A stretch of DNA of 60,094 bases, the filler included, from Sphacelaria rigidula (Eukaryota), in assembly GCA_964200075.2 (NCBI GenBank). It is 10 parts of 10 records of this genome, joined end to end, with 100 filler letters (N's around TTAATTAATTAA, not from the genome) between each part and the next. Parts side by side here need not be neighbours in the genome. Positions count along the whole stretch, not along the records: positions 36,119 to 42,037 come from CAXNAA020023494.1; positions 42,138 to 48,056 come from CAXNAA020023495.1; positions 48,157 to 54,075 come from CAXNAA020023496.1; 7 more parts are not named here. One strand, written 5' to 3'. Below are positions 36,487-49,139 of the stretch, piece after piece (position 1 is the first letter of the stretch; the number at the start of each line of letters is the position of its first letter). A program made the position numbers and the translations under genes. The notes beneath the pieces were generated by a model that saw nothing but the letters and a program-made list of their open reading frames with translations, searched no databases and had not been told where the DNA came from.

Positions 36487-36785
36487 ACAATATTTTTGTG
36501 AGATTGAGAGTAGAGCGTTGATTGGGAGTAGCTTCGGTAATTCGCTTTAAGCTAGCCAATTTTCTATTCTTTGTGTGATTTTCTTTGCCTCAATGAGTAG
36601 CGTGTGGTTACAGGTACACGTTGATATCCTACTCAGGGATATTCCAGGCCTTAGTGGCAAGCTACTACAGAAGGCATATCGGGCCTCGTGGAGGGGCCGT
36701 TCGGAACTGAAACGGTTCGTTCACTCGTTGACCGCTCTTCACTCTTAATCGAATCCTCTACTCTCAATCTCACGAAAACATAGTT
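36487..36785. mobile_element. MITE family D, copy 3
   Basis: Same TIRs and body as the 3295 and 13549 copies. Confidence 0.85.
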
Positions 36786-36930
36786 ATACTCATGTCCACC
36801 TAATTCGGGAGAAACTGAAAATATATCGTTTGCTGACCGAAAGGCGGGTTTCCTGGCTGGCCCGGCTCGTAGTCCGAGCGTACATTTTCTGAGATTGGTC
36901 GCATATGTCCACCAAAAGCAGCAGCCCTCA

Positions 36931-37280
36931 TGTGTTGTCGTCCCATCTAATCTGGACGCCGGTCTACACCTTTCGATATATGTGGGCGCGCCTGCCAGGG
37001 TCACCGAAGGTCAACACAAGAGGTTTCCTCTTTGGTCGCTTTTAGTACTCCACCTTCCTTCTGCGGTGCTTGCCTTTATTTTTTATCGCGAGGGGGGTTC
37101 AGCAGTCCCTTTCCCTCGTCGACCGTCAAATCGCCTTTGTGTACCCACGACATGTTATAGTCGCTCTCCACTATTGGGCGTTGTGTGAGACAAAAATCCT
37201 AGATCCCTCCAAGATTTGAACCCATGACCCAACCGTCAGAATGTTTCTGGGTCACCAACTGAGCCACCGGGGTAGTGACC
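36931..37280 (-). mobile_element. tRNA-derived SINE family 1, full-length
   Basis: A-box TGGCTCAGTTGG, B-box GGTTCAAATCT, and 3' GGGACGACAACAC. Possible decayed TSD GCCCTCATGTG/GCCCACATATG. Confidence 0.85.
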
Positions 37281-39954
37281 GGCCCACATATGACGAGAAG
37301 CAAACTAAGATGGCTGTAAGTTTCCATGATTTTTCTTATGGTTTGTGATTTTCACAGCAGGACAGCAGCACAAACGACGGCGAACAAAAACAAGATGGCC
37401 TTCATTTTTTTTTACTTTTTTCTGTCTTGTGTATTCCACGGGCCAACTGGACTTCCTAAATCCTACCCTAAACCTATCGGTGGCCAATATATATTCGTTC
37501 GCAAACGCACGCACACACGTACACACGTTACTTCGGTTGCATTTTCTTCACTCCAGAAAAATCTCCAAATTCGGAATATCCCATCAATAGGGAAATAGAT
37601 TGAGAGACGTCTCAAAAAATCCACCTGGAGAAAAAAAAAAAGACCTCATCATCCAGCAACATATGGCTACGGCTTACAGTACCACACCACAACCACAACG
37701 CCAAACGACCCCACTGTCAAAAAAGATCATTTGATATACAGTAAAATCGCCGACAAAGAGTCTTCCCTGCTGCGTCGAGCAGCCCAAAGCACAATCAGTC
37801 GGAAGGGTGCATCAACAACAAAAAAGAAGGAAAAAAAACAAGAAACAAAAAAACATCAGCGGTTCTATTATTTACTTGCAAAAACGTTTGCTTCGCGGAG
37901 TATACTGTCTGGCTATATCACGGCCGGCACAAGCGGGTATTCTGGGCTGAGCTAGGTGATACAGAAAGAGCGGCGCCGGCATGCAGGCCTACCTTCGCAA
38001 CCGCAATAGCAGCGGGGAGAAGAGACAGCAATCTCAACGCTGCGTTACGCTGCCAACATTTATAATAATATGCTGTTGAAACTGCCGTTGCTTTCCCAGG
38101 GTATGGGAGGTGTAGTGTTTCAGGACGCCCAAAAAAACATTTGAAAAGGCTGTCGATATCAGTCCGGCTCGTGACGCTGTGTGTGCCAACAAAAACAACA
38201 ACTTGCGCGAACGCCATATGGACAACTAAACCAAAAAGTCATGCCTCCCCCCGGGGGGGGGGAAGGGGGGGGATTTTGACTAAATGGTGATTTAGAGAAG
38301 AAATACCAACGCGTACGTGAATGATTTGAGATACTGCGTAAGGAAGGCACTGAAGACTACGTTACTGGCTTTCATGTCGCGACATTCGGTAACATACCGA
38401 CAGCTCAACGACGATTTGCACCTGAGGGAATGCAAATGCACAACAATGCAATTCAGAAACGTGCCGTCGAACATCACACCTGTACCTCTCGGTATTCTTG
38501 GGCAACAGCTCACATTTCCCCCCCCCCCCTTCCGCTCCTGTCTAATACGGGACAGCTCCACCCAAAGCACAAGAAACAGAACGAAAAAATACAGTACATC
38601 TAAAAATAACACACGAACAAATGAAAGTATTATAGAATCAGCAACGGAAAACTCACACACACGCCTTGAGGGGGAGAAAACCACGTCGATACACGGAAAA
38701 AGATGTCATCCTCCATCCATGTTCTCTGCACGTTTCACGCGCTTGGCAGTGACATTTGCACACGGGACAAGAGGACCAATTTCGAATTTCAAAACGTTGC
38801 TGTTCTCTTCCTCCTTTTTTTTTTTTTGTCAACAGGTGTCCTGTAGCCGCCCACTCTTGAGAATGGCTACTTGCACACGGTGCACACTACGTCATAGCCC
38901 TCGCCAAAACTAATATATCCCCGTCTGTCTGCCTGCGCCTCATCAACACCCTGGACGGACACAATAGGCAACCATGTGCAGCACCTGTGTGCGATGAACA
39001 TTTCGAAATCGACTTCCCTAAAAATATCCAGCAGACATCACTGCGCAGCAGTCACTACACGCACACACACAACCACACAAGTCCTTTTACTTGCGGCATT
39101 GGTGCCACCCACCATCGACTGTCATCCGGTCAACACAAACTCTCGTCAATGTTGTTTGAATGGAAGAAAAGGAGGAGTTGAGGGATGGGAGGATCCCGGG
39201 ACTTTGTAAAAATTTTCTCGGGAAAGAGTAAAAGAGAGAGAGAGAGAGGCAGCAGGACAAGACAGGGTCGAGAGCCAGAGAAAACAAAACACAAGAAAAA
39301 TATATGTATATATCGATGTTGACAAAAAACACCTGAATCAACATCGACTAGTGTTCCACTTCTCTGTTCGCTTCTTACCCACGAGGTGGTGGACTTGAAC
39401 ATCTACAGTATGATGAAATCCTCAGCACACGAAGGCATGCTCTAATATTTTCCTGCTATCGAAACACAACGCTTGAGACATCATCAGCGCTCCATCACCG
39501 ATGACCAGCCCGCACTATCGTCCCCATTCTCACGCCACCCCTTACCCTATACCCTCAACCCCATGAACCTGACCAACACAGTCACGCCGACCAAATCATG
39601 AACGCTCCAAACCACCGTCAGCAATCTTCAGGCGCAGTTCGCTCGGCTACCATCTCCAAAGCACGCCCGCCCTTGCTCGCCGCAAGTAGTGTACCCACCC
39701 TATACCCCCTCTCGTTCCTCCCCTCCCCCCCCCATCCCACAATGTCAAACTTTGGGCTGGCATCGTGATCCAAGCGGGTCGACCGGCAGCGCTGGTATAT
39801 TCACCCTTATCATGGAAGGCAGCGTGAGCCGATCAAAATCCAGTGCATCGTCCCGCTCCGGCGAGTGCTTCGATGCGGAATTAATGGAGAGGCTGCGGCA
39901 CGGGGTGTCATGAATCCCCACACCCACCTCCTCCTGGAGCATGGCACTTGGTGA

Positions 39955-40052
39955 GCCAGGTCTGGCGAACACCAGGCGTGCTCAGTCCCGGTTTCGTAGG
40001 GATGCGAGGTCAGTGGTCTTATGACTACGGCATGCAGAATCATTAGTACACC
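39955..40052 (+). mobile_element. Repeat family B, A-B terminal part followed by poly-C
   Basis: Aligns to 15574-15672. Confidence 0.7.
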
Positions 40053-40879
40053 CCCCCCCCCGTCCCCGTCCTCCCAACCTCCCCCACTCCACCCACGACC
40101 CTTGGTGGAACAAGAATCGCAACACTGCCCCCCATCATGTGGTGCGAAGTGGGGGTGACACCAATATCACCACGTCTCCTCGCACAAACAGCATCTCGAT
40201 ACTTCGCTTTGAGGTCTGATAGATGGAGGGAGAAAAGGCGGGTAGGGGGGGGCGTGCACGAGAAATGGAGGAGTAGTAGAGAGTAGTGGGTTACTCATCG
40301 GATAGCGCACTGGGACGTTACGTGGGCAACGTGATCATACGTTCCCCCTCATGCTGTGTATGCACCGCGCTTGTAATAGAACAATGACAACTATTTATCC
40401 AGCTTCACTCGGTTCTAGCGTGTCAGACACCTAATCTAATGGCAATTACTTCGTTGAAGTATATAGCTCTCAAAAGGGTTCAATCATGACCGAAAGCTCT
40501 ACTGTACCATGACTTACTTCACCAATCCCTACCCTCCCTCCCCAAACAGACATGTGATTTGAACCCACGTTCGTTTCACAACTCACGCATCACCTTATCC
40601 TGTAGGGAGGGGTCGCCATCACGATATTGTCATGGCCAAGTCGTAGCTCTCAAGTCGAAAGTGTTTCGGCCAGAGGTGGGATATTCAGCAGGCTCCGGAA
40701 CCAGTCTCACATGGTAATTGACACTGATATTTCGATTCATTACTGTGCATCAAATACCATATCTCAAATTCCTATAACAGTATACACTAGCACCAAAATT
40801 AGCCTCTGATATCATAAATAAGCATGTGCGACATCACTACATCGCCATATGCTGATAACTGATGAACAACCCTCTCTCG

Positions 40880-41170
40880 TTTTTTTTTTCCTCACTCTTT
40901 GAACCCCTCCCCTTCCTCGGAATGAGTCCGTGGTGTGAAGGGATCAACTCATCTCTCCCCCGGTCATTTTGATCTCGCGGATTGGGTCAGCACTCCCACA
41001 CCGCGTCAACTCACGTCACACAAACCCAGTCAACTACTTTGTTTAATCACGTTCTCACGCTTTCCACGGTGGGAATCATACATTACGAAGAAAAAACCCA
41101 ACGCATCGGGAATCGAACCCCCGCTCTCTCCACACTAATGGCGACAGTCGGACCATTACATCACCGGGGC
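40880..41170 (-). mobile_element. tRNA-derived SINE family 2
   Basis: Head GCCCCGGTGATGTAATGGT…GGGGTTCGATTCCCG (A- and B-box), body shared with 33125-33340, and an A10 tail. Confidence 0.7.
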
Positions 41171-42137
41171 GCGCCTACCCGGAGGAAAACCGAATTGTGA
41201 GGAGCAAAATCGCAGTGTGGGGACGGGGGAGGGTAGTTCCCCACAAAGCAAAATCAACGAGCGACATTTTGCACGTTGCTTCCACATTCACATCATCATC
41301 TCTGGACCATGACCTACCAGCTAGCGGACCAAGAGGTCTATCGAACACGAGCACTAAGGAGGGCATATTTTTGGGTTGGTTCATTGGAAGCAGAAAAGGG
41401 CGGGGAGGGGTATGTCTCCCGTTGTGTGTGGTAGGTCTTGAGGCAACTTCGGAACTCAGTCCGATATCTTCTGTTTCTTATATATCCCCTTCGCCATCAG
41501 TCTTCGATTTCTGCAACTCTGACCCGCGATCCATTGTTTGACGAACCCCTTTTACACTGTAGTTGGGTATCCTCATTTTTTGTAAAGGATTGGCCGAGAT
41601 GAATGATTCGCGGTTAATGGAACGCCAGCGGAGGCGCCGCGCTGCTGCCGAACATCATTTGAAAGGAGCACCGGCATGATTCCAGTGCGCTGTGGAGGCG
41701 TGTGATGGCAAGACTCATCACACATGTTTGAATCTTCGCGGTCTGCCCGCAGCAGAATCGTCAACACCCTGATCATATCGTCGGATATATATCGAGTCTG
41801 CGGAACAATCAGCAGCAGACCTCGGATTCACCATATCTTGCCCGTTGGGCTTCTGGGCCTCTTCGGGAACGTGCACATTGACAAAATGGGGATTTTTATG
41901 GGGCTGTTCGGGGTGTCCTTTTCGCCGTCCGCGTGACGGTCACCATTGAAAAAAAGATAGTATGTCTGAGTCATCCTACGATAGGGGGGGGGGGGGGGAT
42001 TTGGTTGGAGGAAACAAGAGGCTCAGAAGTGGGTCAGNNNNNNNNNNNNNNNNNNNNNNNNNNNNNNNNNNNNNNNNNNNNTTAATTAATTAANNNNNNN
42101 NNNNNNNNNNNNNNNNNNNNNNNNNNNNNNNNNNNNN

Positions 42138-42391
42138 AACGAGGTGGTACGGGAGTACCAGCTACGTTCCACCAGGGTTCATGCGGTGACCCCATTGTTT
42201 TTGGACTCTTGTACCGTAGACCCGGTTTGCCTAGGTTTGCTAAAGATCGAGTTTCACAGGTTCGAACGTTTCGGGTCCGCTGATGTGTGTCACTGGCGGG
42301 CTCCGTTCCTGAGACTGTTTCTCCAGCTTACATGTGTATATGGATGTCATTACGCTCATACACACGTGGCCTCCACATCACCCCCCCTTTT
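42138..42391 (-). repeat. Putative polypurine tract (42381-42391) and start of the gypsy 3' LTR
   Basis: On - strand AAAAGGGGGGG is directly followed by TGATGTGG, downstream of pol. The LTR is cut by the linker. Confidence 0.6.
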
Positions 42392-45300
42392 GATGCGCCT
42401 TGAGTCTCTCTATTCGAGGTACTGAGGCGATCATTCATGAAGAGGATGATAAAAACGTGGATTCCTCGTTGTATGTGTGTTAAGATACCATTATACTGGC
42501 ATGTCTGAGGACGTGTCATATCCTCTATACTGTCGTGTTGAGTAAACACAAGACGGTAAATTTTATCGACGTTCGCATCCAGGTTCATGTAATCAGCATA
42601 CTCGTGTCGACGGTTGGTGACTTGGTCACTTGATCGCGGCATCTGTGAAACCAGTGTGATCAGCACAGATTGCGGTACCCCCATAGATGCTGATTTATGG
42701 GCGATTCAGTGGAAAACATTGGGTTTTTACATGAGAGTGGGTTGTCGTCCCGCATTTTGCTTGGACCTTTAACCCGTGGTGATTACCGTATGATATCGAG
42801 ACAAAAAGAGAACGCAATCTGGGGAAGACAAATATCGAGACAAAAAGAGAACGGTGGCTGTTATTTGCATGTCTGGAGTGGTGTACTTCCAAGATTGCAA
42901 AATATCCACGGCCATCCTCGCCAGCAATAGCTCTATTTTGCTGGTAAGAGCTCAGACCTTTGGGTGGAGTCTCTTCACCGCTGATGTCCTTGTGGTCGCG
43001 CTGACCATGGCATCAATTCTCCTTCGTCTTAATTTTATACCGAACGCGTCTGCATCTAATGGGAAATTTCCCTGCAAATGCACGTTTCCGGCCAGTGTTC
43101 TTTATGGGGAATTTGGTTTCCGCTCGAACCATTTCACTAACCCGTTTTCGCTTTCTCGTGTTACGAGACGGCGGGTCTGGTGTAGGCGCGCTATTCAGTT
43201 TGTGCTTAATTCTGTACGCGTCTATGAGGTGTTGACATTGGGGTACCTCGTCTGCTCGATACTTTAGGTCAGCTGATGGGCCGTAACCCTTTAGTCTGAG
43301 GCGGTATTTATAGTTGAGGTCGCTTTTTCGCCCTGGGCCTCGTTTATGACCCACTATTCTGTCAACGGTGTAGCATTCAATTTTTGGTTGTGCTACATGT
43401 GGGCGGTCTACCTCTGGAAGAGGCAGTTTTTCCCCAGGAAGAAGTCGGCAAGGCGATCAAAATCGGGTGCCGGTTCTCTCTCCTGTGCGTAGTATACTTT
43501 CAAGTGGGCCAAGTGTTCGGACGTTTCTCTTGCGTCGTTACCCAACCTTACTTTGTATACTAGTGGCGAAACGTTAAAACAAATAGTGTACGGACCTCGC
43601 CAAGGTGACAACAGTTTTGGATTTGGACCGTCGGTATCCTGGTACGGTCTGTATAGTATTACTTTTTGTCCCGGTTCGAACGCGGGAAAAGACTTGAGTT
43701 TGTCATTGCTTGCTTTCTGCTTGTTTGCGCGTTCTTGCAGATTGCGTCTCGCGAGTTCGAAGGCCAGCTATAAATTGTCTCTGTTCTTTCGTGTACTCTT
43801 CGACATCTGCCGCATGTCCTACACATTGGATGCCTTGAATTATATCAACTGGCAACTTTGGTTGCGGTCCGAACAACAAGAAGTATGTGGTTTCTTGCAC
43901 CATTGTGTTGAATGAGGTGTTGTACGCCATTTGAACATACGGCAACATTGTTGCCCAGTTGTCTTGCTTGACTGAACTGTGCATTGCCAGCATCGCGTGT
44001 AGGGTTGAGTGTACCCGCTTTGAAACCGAGTTGCCTTGAGGTCTGGACGGAGTCGTGCGGGTTCTCTCCAATTGTAGCATAGTCTGTAGCTGGTAGATCA
44101 CTTGGTTATCAAACTCCCTGCCTCCATCAGAGTGTAACTTTTCCGGGATGCCGAATGTTGATAAAACTCTGTCGACGAGCATTCGTGTTACGGTAACGGC
44201 AGATTTGTTTGGGGTCGGGATAAAAAGTGCGTAGCGTGTCAAATGATCCATTACGGACATGACATACCTGCATGGCACTCCAGCTGAAGAGTTGGAAATC
44301 GTCTTATACTCAACCAAGTCTATCGATACACATTGAAACGGTCTTTCTACAGGTATATGGCCTCTAGGGAGTTTTGGACGATTGTGGGCTGTTTTCCGAC
44401 GTTGGCATGCCTGGCATTCTCTACACCAAAATCGTACGTCTCTGTTTATTGACGGCCACCAATACTTCGCTCTGACCTTTTCGTAAGTCGGTTTGAAACT
44501 GAGGTGGCCTCCGGATAATGCATGGTCGTGATACGAGTGTAGTACGAACCTTATCAGGGCTTTGGGTACCACCAGTTGATCACGAAAGGTGGCTCTTTTC
44601 CGGAGATGCCCTGGCATATAAGACCTGTACAAAATATCGTCTTGGATTGAGTAGTAAGACATGGTTGCCAACCTTTTTTTTCCCGGGATTGGTGCGGTGT
44701 CGTCGTTCAAGTATTGAATGAAGGGGCCATATTCTTTTGCCTGTTCTGCTCGCAATTTTTGCTTGTCCACAGACATGAAGACATGTGTTGCGCTGCTGTA
44801 GACTACTTTTACTGTGAACAGCTCTCTGTCGCATTGTACCGGTTTCAGATTATCCAAATTATCAGCAGATAATTGAAATGGCTGGTGCTGTTTTCCCGTG
44901 TGAAATGCGGGATCTTCTGGCACGTTGCGACATATCGGAGCGAGTAGGGGTTCGACTTCGTTTTCCTGTTGTCGCTCGAATTTAAAGAGTCGCGATAGAG
45001 TGTCGGGTATGATATTTGGTTTCCCCGGTTTATGCTGTACTGTAACATCGTATGATTGCAAAGCAATAGCCCATGTGGTCAGCATGTTGCTTGTATCTTG
45101 CATTGTATATAGGTACCGGAGCGCTGCATGATCTGTTACACAAGTGAAATGCTTGCTCCACAAAAAATGCCTCCAGTGTTGGATCGCTAAAATAACAGCG
45201 TAACATTCTTCAAGGGTTGCAGAATAGTGCTGTTGGGCCGAGTTAAAGCGTTGGCTGAAGTAGGCTATGATCGCTTGGTCTTCGCCTTTCTTTTGCCAAT

Positions 45301-47000
45301 GGTGGGCACCTACCCCTTCATTGCTAGCGTCAACTTGGACCACAAATTCTTCCGGGAAGTGTAAAACTGGGGCAGTCGTCAAAAGTCGTTCCACTTCTGC
45401 GAAAGATTCGTCATGTTCTGCCTTCCAACGTTTTGCTACTTTTTTTACGGCTTCTTTCTTTGTGAGGTCAACCAAGGGTGCCGTAACTTCGGCCACATTT
45501 GGGATGAATTTTCGCACAAAGTTGACCATGCCGAGCAATGATCATAACTGCTTGATGTTGGTTGGTTTTGGTAAGTCCAGCATTGCTTTGATACGGTTGT
45601 CACTCAAACTGATACAGTCCGCTGACAGAGTGTGTCCTAGGTATTTAACTTCCTTTGGTCCAAACTGTGCTTTGGATGGCTTCAGGGTGAGGCCCGCTGC
45701 TTGCAGTGCTTTGAACATGTCTTCAAGTAGGGTTGGGTAGCTTTCCCATGAAGAAAAACATGCGATTAAATCGTCCATGTATATTAGGAGGCCGCTTTCT
45801 TGGTCCAAAGTGTGAGAAAGTGAGGGCCATTATTCGTGAAAAAATAAATGGGGACCACGCTAATCCGAATGGGAAGCGATTAAAAATCCATTTACCCTTG
45901 CTCGTAACGAACGCTGTATTTTCCTTTTCTTTCTCCGCTATTGGGATTTGGTGGAATGCATTCTGCACATCGAAGACAGAGATATATTTTGCCCCTGCTA
46001 CCGTATCGATATGAAATTCCATTTGAGGCATTGGCCATGACTTACGCACCAGACTTGTTGTACCCTTGGGTTGGCCCTGTAAGGTAGTCTGTCGACTCGC
46101 TGTGTAACCTGCTGGAGTGGCGTTTGGCTTCACTTATCATGTAGCTTCCTAACTCCCGTTATGAAACGAAAATACTGTCCGGTATCAAGTGCACAGATTG
46201 AGGACTTTAGTCTCTCGGTTCCTGCGACTTGATTCAGCAACTGCACTGCTTGTGTTTGTCTTTTCACTGTTCGGACCTCTCTCTGATGCAAGAGTAATGT
46301 ATCCTAACAGAATGGTTTCGCTCAATACGAACGTGCCTGCTGGATGGATTGGCGACCTGAACCATAGCCGTCTTATTCACCGTTGACCATGTACAAATTG
46401 CGTGCCACGATCAGACGTTTGGAACCGATAGTATGTCCAACGATTGAACGCCCTGTTCCGTGACTACGCGCGGCTCAATTAACGCAGTGAATGTCACTTC
46501 AGGGGGCTCATCCGAGTCGATATGAAGAGCCATCTCAGTTTGCGGAGGAACAACACATTTTTTCTGGGATACACTGGGACAAGTTGCGCCGCAGATTTGC
46601 TGTGCTCGTTCCGTCTCTTGTGTGTAGCTTTGATACTAACATAGAGTTTTGGAGCGATTGTGTCTCAGCTTCCCAGTCCAAAATGCCTCCAAACGCTCTC
46701 ATCAGTGAGTAATCAATCCGCATGTGGTCGGGGCCTAGATCTCGTGAAACCAATGCTTCAACGGGTAGGGTTTTCTCTTTAACGTGAGGTCGAAACGAGT
46801 GAACCTCACTACTTGGATGGGTGAGTTTTCCGCGCTACTAAAATTTAAAGATCCGCTTGGGACAGGTTTTATGTCTGTCGTATTCGAAGTAGGATGCGAA
46901 CGGATAAACTTTGAGCTATGATAGGTAAGTCGGATGAAACTATGGTCAGAGCTTCCACCCCACTATCATTTACTCTAGCTGGTACTTGGACTCTTACTGA
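42138..47000 (-). mobile_element. Decayed Ty3/gypsy LTR retrotransposon with chromodomain
   Basis: RT (DVQNAFHQI, TAF…FPFGL, YMDD; 45542-46030), RNase H (VDAS, TDH..L) and integrase (H..GH…C..C, SID, D..T.Y, SDGGREF; 43703-45538), GPY motif (PWRGPY) and chromodomain (~43190-43380). Domain order RT-RH-INT; frameshifts present. The 5' boundary is approximate. Confidence 0.95.
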
Positions 47001-47441
47001 GGCTGGATGTATCGAGACGGGTCCTTTCGGGTATCGTGCCAACGAAGACATGTAAAAGGCCATGAACGCCTGAGCGTCGGAAGTCAGAAATTTTGATCGG
47101 TGTTTTGCATTTATTATAGATAACGGTTACGCTATGAAAGGTACTTGCGGAACACTCTCCAAGTACGAAGGCTGGTTACTCTGCACCATTTTTCGACTTG
47201 TGTTGCTCACTCTGAGGTGCTTGATTGTGTCATGTACTTTATCCCCTTGTGAGACTTCGCACACGATCCCACTGAAGAGGCTGTTGTATGACGAGCAAAA
47301 CACTTTCTCCTTCTTGAACGGTCATTGTTCCAGTCAAAGATGCAGACTTATCCAGGTGCTACATCAAACTAGAACGTGACCGAATGATATTTGAGAGGGA
47401 GTATGAGCACTTCCGATTAGCAATCAACAGCCACTGCTTAA

Positions 47442-47575
47442 CCCTTTGGGAACTCCAGTGCTGATTCTTGTTTTGTGAATCTTTGTGAATCGGCATCATT
47501 TTGACTTGNNNNNNNNNNTGATGCCGATTCACCAAAACAAAAATCAGCACTCCCTGGGGTCTAGTTCCCAAAGGG
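47442..47575. mobile_element. piggyBac-like MITE with TTAA TSD (internal gap)
   Basis: TTAA|CCCTTTGGGAACT…AGTTCCCAAAGGG|TTAA: perfect 13-bp TIR plus subterminal inverted repeats. Confidence 0.85.
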
Positions 47576-48831
47576 TTAAAAACAGTTGTGCGGCAGGTTG
47601 CACATGTGTGACATGGGATGAAACCCTACCGATCCCTTGGGGTACTGCACAAAATGCCGCATTGTATGCCCTTGATGAGTCTCCCTAGTTTGGGACCCGT
47701 GTCCGGTGTAAGGCTTTCCGACGGCTGTAACAAAGGCTGCTCAGAAATTAACTCCAAGTACGGAAGCTGGTGATATTATACACCGCACCCCTTTTTTTTA
47801 GACCTGTGTTGCTCTTGCTCAGCATATGCTTTATCCTAGTCTGTACTATCACACACAACTGGGGCTGTTTTTGGTGCCTCGCCCGAGCAGTTTCTGTACT
47901 GACCAGAAACCTCGCTTCTCTTGTGCATATTTGACTAGAGGGTTGATACTTTTCTTCTATTGCATGCGCTCTGAGACGTGAAAAAATGAAAAGCAATGGA
48001 CTAGAAAAGGTGTCCCTTCTCGTTTTGTGCCCAAGAAAGGTACGAAAAATGGCCAGNNNNNNNNNNNNNNNNNNNNNNNNNNNNNNNNNNNNNNNNNNNN
48101 TTAATTAATTAANNNNNNNNNNNNNNNNNNNNNNNNNNNNNNNNNNNNNNNNNNNNCTTCCGTGCAAGACAGATATGCCACTTCAGCCCCATATTTTGTA
48201 TGAACCCCAAAATATAAAACCGGCTGTTAGATGATGACACAGGCATGGGGACGATCGCCGCGTGGAGAATGAGGGAGAGTGGAAAGTAAATACATTGCTG
48301 CACTGCATAATTCAGCCATGAAAAGTCGCAGGTTGTGTAAATTTGTCTCCATATTTTGGTGTAATACGAAACGATGTTATGGGAAGCGCGCAGCTACTCT
48401 AAAAATATTGAAGACACATGCGACCCAACCCGAACCGTTGAATGCGGAGTAGCTCGGTCTAGTGCTCTCCATGTCCTGCGGCATCGGCGGTTGTGGAAAC
48501 GAACCAGCCACCTATGAGATCCGTCGAAGGCCGAAAGTGATGAAATTGAGGAACGTGAATCATTTCAGCCCCGTAATCCGTGTGCGTTTGCCCGGGGAGG
48601 GCCCGTGGCACCGCCGTCAAAGCCAGCTTGAGGCGAACACACTCGATGACCCAATCAATCCAAGGACAAGCCGGTGGGAACGGGATAGCTGTGCCCGACA
48701 TCGGGCACGTGCCGTCGATCGAACTTCCGCCAACACCAAAATGTCAAAGTTCAGGTGCCCTCTGAAACCACGGAAACATGACAACCAGGTTTCCTGCATC
48801 TTCTCCCTACACGGGGCTACTCGAACTCGAG

Positions 48832-48968
48832 CACACCCTGGACAAAATAATACATAGCAAAACGTGTACTGCGTACAGTATCGACTATTGCGCCTATTGT
48901 AATAGACAATAGATTCCATACTGTGTGCAGTACATTTTTTTACAATAGAATCTATTGTCCAGGGTGTG
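48832..48968. mobile_element. CACAC-terminal MITE with perfect 8-bp TSD
   Basis: AACTCGAG|CACACCCTGGACAA…TTGTCCAGGGTGTG|AACTCGAG. Confidence 0.9.
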
Positions 48969-49139
48969 AACTCGAGCTTACCAGCTTTGTTGTCCTTGTG
49001 CTCACCTCCATCAAGCATCAGATTTCTATTTATGGTGGGAACTACATTTGGATAGTAAGGCTAAGTGATACCGGGTGCCATGCAGCGGGGAATTATGCAG
49101 TGTGCCTTGTATGGGGCCCGTGCCTGAAATTGGTATGTC

